Assembly (NCBI RefSeq): GCF_001594145.1
Contig: NZ_LVCF01000042.1
Span: 21,836-85,835 of the forward strand
DNA: 64,000 nt
Source of the DNA: Branchiibius sp. NY16-3462-2
GTDB taxonomy: Bacteria > Actinomycetota > Actinomycetes > Actinomycetales > Dermatophilaceae
Direction of reading: 5' to 3'
Shown: positions 61,400-64,000 of the stretch, one piece after another
How the letters are laid out: each line of letters opens with the position of its first letter
Numbering within the stretch: position 1 is the stretch's first letter
Program-made: the position numbers and the translations under genes
The notes under the pieces: model-generated
Seen by the model: only the letters and a program-made list of their open reading frames with translations
What the model was told of the DNA's origin: nothing
The model's database searches: none

Positions 61400-62937
61400 C
61401 CGGTCGGCGGGGCGTCGAGCCCACCGCGCCGGCGAATCCGTGGCCGGCCCTGTGGGCCATGGTCATCGGGTTCTTCATGATCCTGGTCGACTCGACCATC
61501 GTCACCATCGCGACTCCCGTCATCCGGGAGAAGCTGAACACCGACTACAACAACGTCATCTGGGTCACCAGTGCCTACCTGTTGGCGTACGCCGTGCCGC
61601 TGCTGATCACCGGACGCCTGGGTGACCGCGTCGGGCCGAAGAAGATCTACCTCATCGGACTGGCGATCTTCACGCTGTCGTCGCTGTGGTGTGGCCTGAC
61701 CGATTCCATCTCCATGCTGATCACGGCGCGGGTGGTGCAGGGTCTGGGTGCGTCGTTGATGACGCCGCAGACCATGGCGGTCATCACCCGCACGTTCCCG
61801 CCGACCGCTCGCGGCAAGGCCATGGCGCTGTGGGGTGCGACCGCCGGCGTCGCGACCCTGGTCGGCCCGATCCTGGGTGGCGTCCTGGTCGACGGCCCCG
61901 GTTGGGAGTGGATCTTCTTCATCAACGTGCCGGTCGGCATCATCGGCTTCGTGCTGGCGATGCGCCTGGTCCCGGAGTTGGAGACCCACTCGCACAAGTT
62001 CGACTGGCTGGGCGTCTTCCTCTCCGCCGCCGCGATGTTCCTGATCGTCTTCGGCATCCAGGAGGGCCCGACGTACGACTGGGGCACCATCAAGGGCTGG
62101 ATCTCGGTGCCGCTGCTGATCATCGCCGGTCTGGTGCTGTTCGCGGTTTTCCTGTTCTGGCAGGCCAAGAACAAGAACGAGCCGCTGATCCCGCTCAGCC
62201 TGTTCAAGGACCGCAACTTCTCGCTGTCCAACCTGGCCATCGCCTGCGTGTCGTTCTGCATCACCTCCTTCGCCTTCCCGTTCACCCTGTGGGCGCAGAC
62301 GGCGCGTGGTTGGACACCGACCCAGTCGGCTCTGTTGATGGCGCCGATGGCGCTCATGACCGGTTTCCTCGCGCCCGTGGTCGGTCGGTTGACCGACAAG
62401 GTGCATCCGCGGATCCTGGCCTCCACCGGCTTCGCGGCGTCGGCGGTCGCGCTGATCTGGTTGACCTTCGTGGTGAACACGACCTCCGCCGTGTGGGAGA
62501 TCCTGGCGGCCATGGCGCTGTTCGGTCTGGGTAACGCATTCTTGTGGGCCCCGTTGGCGGCGACCGCGACGCGCAACCTGCCGATGAAAGCGGCGGGTGC
62601 GGGTTCGGGTGTCTACAACGCGACCCGCCAGGTGGGCGCGGTGCTGGGTAGTGCCGCGATCGCCGCGGTGATTTCGGCGCGGTTGACGGCCAACCTCGGT
62701 CCGATGGCCTCGGCCGCGAACGCCGGACAGGAGGCACCGGGCACCAAACTGCCGCCGCAGGTGGGTGTGCCGTTCTCCACCGCGATGTCCCAGTCGCTGT
62801 GGCTGCCGGTGATCGCGCTGCTGGTCGGCCTGTTCATCTCGCTGTTCTTCGCGGCACCGTCGCACCGTGAGGTGCGCACCCGGGGCAAGCACGCTGCCCG
62901 TACGCCGAGCGCGGACCCCGCGCCCGAACCGGCCTGA
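61384..62937 (+). CDS. MFS transporter, DHA2 (EmrB/QacA, 14-TMS) efflux family
   Basis: LVDSTIVTIATP, motif A GRLGDRVGPKKIY, VQGLGASLMTPQ, about 14 TM helices. Overlaps the padR end by 16 nt (operon). Confidence 0.9.
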   Translation: MAEQLTGRRGVEPTAPANPWPALWAMVIGFFMILVDSTIVTIATPVIREKLNTDYNNVIWVTSAYLLAYAVPLLITGRLGDRVGPKKIYLIGLAIFTLSSLWCGLTDSISMLITARVVQGLGASLMTPQTMAVITRTFPPTARGKAMALWGATAGVATLVGPILGGVLVDGPGWEWIFFINVPVGIIGFVLAMRLVPELETHSHKFDWLGVFLSAAAMFLIVFGIQEGPTYDWGTIKGWISVPLLIIAGLVLFAVFLFWQAKNKNEPLIPLSLFKDRNFSLSNLAIACVSFCITSFAFPFTLWAQTARGWTPTQSALLMAPMALMTGFLAPVVGRLTDKVHPRILASTGFAASAVALIWLTFVVNTTSAVWEILAAMALFGLGNAFLWAPLAATATRNLPMKAAGAGSGVYNATRQVGAVLGSAAIAAVISARLTANLGPMASAANAGQEAPGTKLPPQVGVPFSTAMSQSLWLPVIALLVGLFISLFFAAPSHREVRTRGKHAARTPSADPAPEPA

Positions 62938-62947
62938 GCGCGCGTTT

Positions 62948-64000
62948 TTATGCGGCAGCTTCCGCAAGTTCCTCCGACGGGTGCTCCTCGACGCTGCGGG
63001 AGTTGGTGAGCGTTAGCGCACCCGCCGCAGCGATCACTCCGACGATGATCGCCAGCATCGTGAACAGGATCCGCTCACCGCGGAAGAACGAGGTCACCAA
63101 CTCGTTGCTCCAGACGCCTTCCGGGAGCACCTGCGTCACCAGCACCGCGATCACGGTGCCGACGATCGCCGTACCCACACTGGTGCCGACCTCCTGGGCG
63201 GTGTCGTTGAGGGCGGCACCGATCGACGTACGATTCGCCGGCATCGCATCGACCAGGGCGACCGCGCAGATCGTCATGACCGTCCGCAGACCGATCGTCA
63301 TCACGACCATCGACACCGCGATGGCCCAGTAGTTGTGCTCGACACCCCAGGCCAGACCGGCCAGGCCGGCGGCGAGGAAGCCGGCGCCGACGAGGCAGGC
63401 CACGCGGTGGCCGTACTTCTTGGCCAGGCCTTCGGAGATCGGGGTCGCCAGGATCATGGTGAGGATCATCGGCAGGTTGGCCAGGCCCGCACGCATGGGG
63501 CTCCAGCCCCAGGCGTACTGGAAGTGCAGGATCAGCGCGAACATCACGCCGGCCATCGCGATGGAGGTGCCGACCTGGGCAATTGCGGCGCCGCGCACGG
63601 GCCCGCGGGAGAAGTAGTTCAGGTCGAGCATGGGCTCGGCGGCCGTGCGCTCGCGCACGATGAACCCGACGAGCGCGGCGACCGCGGCGACGAAGCAGCC
63701 AAGGGTCAGGGGCGCGGTCCAGCCGTGCTCGACGCCGCTGGTCAGGCCGTAGCAGGCCAGTCCGATGGTGGCGATGGACAGTACGGCGCCCGGCAGGTCG
63801 AGCGCGTCATCGGTCAGCCCGTCCGGGTGATCGGCAGGGACGCCGGCCCGGACTCCCAGCCAGGCGATCAGGGCGATCGGGGCGTTGACCAGCAGGAGCC
63901 AGTGCCAGGAGAAGTGCGCCAGAACGGTGCCGCCCAGGACGGGTCCGAGGACGAATCCGGACATGCCGACGACCATCATCACGGTGATCGCGCGCATCCG
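62948..64000 (-). CDS. MFS transporter (DHA2-like), N-terminus beyond the window end
   Basis: The ORF stays open to the window edge. Continuous hydrophobic helices (GPVLGGTVLAHFSWHWLLLVNAPIA...). The Met reported in the ORF track is internal. Confidence 0.8.
   Translation of the reverse strand, partial: RMRAITVMMVVGMSGFVLGPVLGGTVLAHFSWHWLLLVNAPIALIAWLGVRAGVPADHPDGLTDDALDLPGAVLSIATIGLACYGLTSGVEHGWTAPLTLGCFVAAVAALVGFIVRERTAAEPMLDLNYFSRGPVRGAAIAQVGTSIAMAGVMFALILHFQYAWGWSPMRAGLANLPMILTMILATPISEGLAKKYGHRVACLVGAGFLAAGLAGLAWGVEHNYWAIAVSMVVMTIGLRTVMTICAVALVDAMPANRTSIGAALNDTAQEVGTSVGTAIVGTVIAVLVTQVLPEGVWSNELVTSFFRGERILFTMLAIIVGVIAAAGALTLTNSRSVEEHPSEELAEAAA

Noticed and set aside
1-64000. tRNA, rRNA, CRISPR and IS elements
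   Set aside because: I scanned for T-loop-like GGTTCGA(A/G)TCC motifs, regular repeat-spacer arrays and DDE/serine-recombinase motifs in the ORF translations, and saw none. A proper tRNAscan/Infernal run would be needed to exclude small RNAs.

Overview
Very GC-rich, densely coding chromosomal segment. Codon usage and gene content are typical of a high-GC actinobacterium. I can support about 55 protein-coding genes, one TPP riboswitch, and several operator-like palindromes and hairpins. I saw no rRNA, tRNA, CRISPR array, transposase or integrase. Gene order, left to right:
- A vapBC toxin-antitoxin pair at the window edge.
- A minus-strand block: FtsX/ABC exporter, an orphan protein, a Pls/PosA-type membrane NRPS (epsilon-poly-lysine-synthetase architecture), and a translationally coupled M1 zinc peptidase.
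- A tightly packed CDF metal exporter, HisKA_3 kinase and LuxR-type regulator.
- An XRE/nucleotidyltransferase remnant and a stand-alone LigD polymerase-domain gene.
- Housekeeping and lipid genes: FATP-like acyl-CoA synthetase, histidine phosphatase, alpha/beta hydrolase, FAD dehydrogenase, AI-2E transporter, NUDIX hydrolase, the proteasome activator Bpa with a GQYL tail, and a quinone oxidoreductase.
- A complete histidine-utilisation cluster (IclR regulator, hutH, hutU, M20 amidohydrolase, hutF, hutI).
- A TetR/MFS efflux pair, a DUF222/HNH (13E12-like) gene, and an ECF42-type sigma factor with its DGPF/YciI partner.
- A riboswitch-controlled thiamine ABC importer.
- A PAP2-like protein, a thioesterase and an S53 peptidase.
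- A CopA-type P-type ATPase behind a CsoR-type operator.
- A 2494-aa sortase-dependent surface protein translationally coupled to its own sortase.
- Further MFS, GNAT, S1 protease and PadR/MFS genes.

The two most interesting loci are the Pls-like polymer synthetase/peptidase operon (1-9.7 kb) and the giant adhesin-sortase locus (49.3-57.5 kb). The adhesin has a six-fold Lys/Glu/Asn + Cys-Cys repeat array and a non-canonical sorting signal. All functional calls come from motifs read by eye in the translated ORFs. No database search was run.
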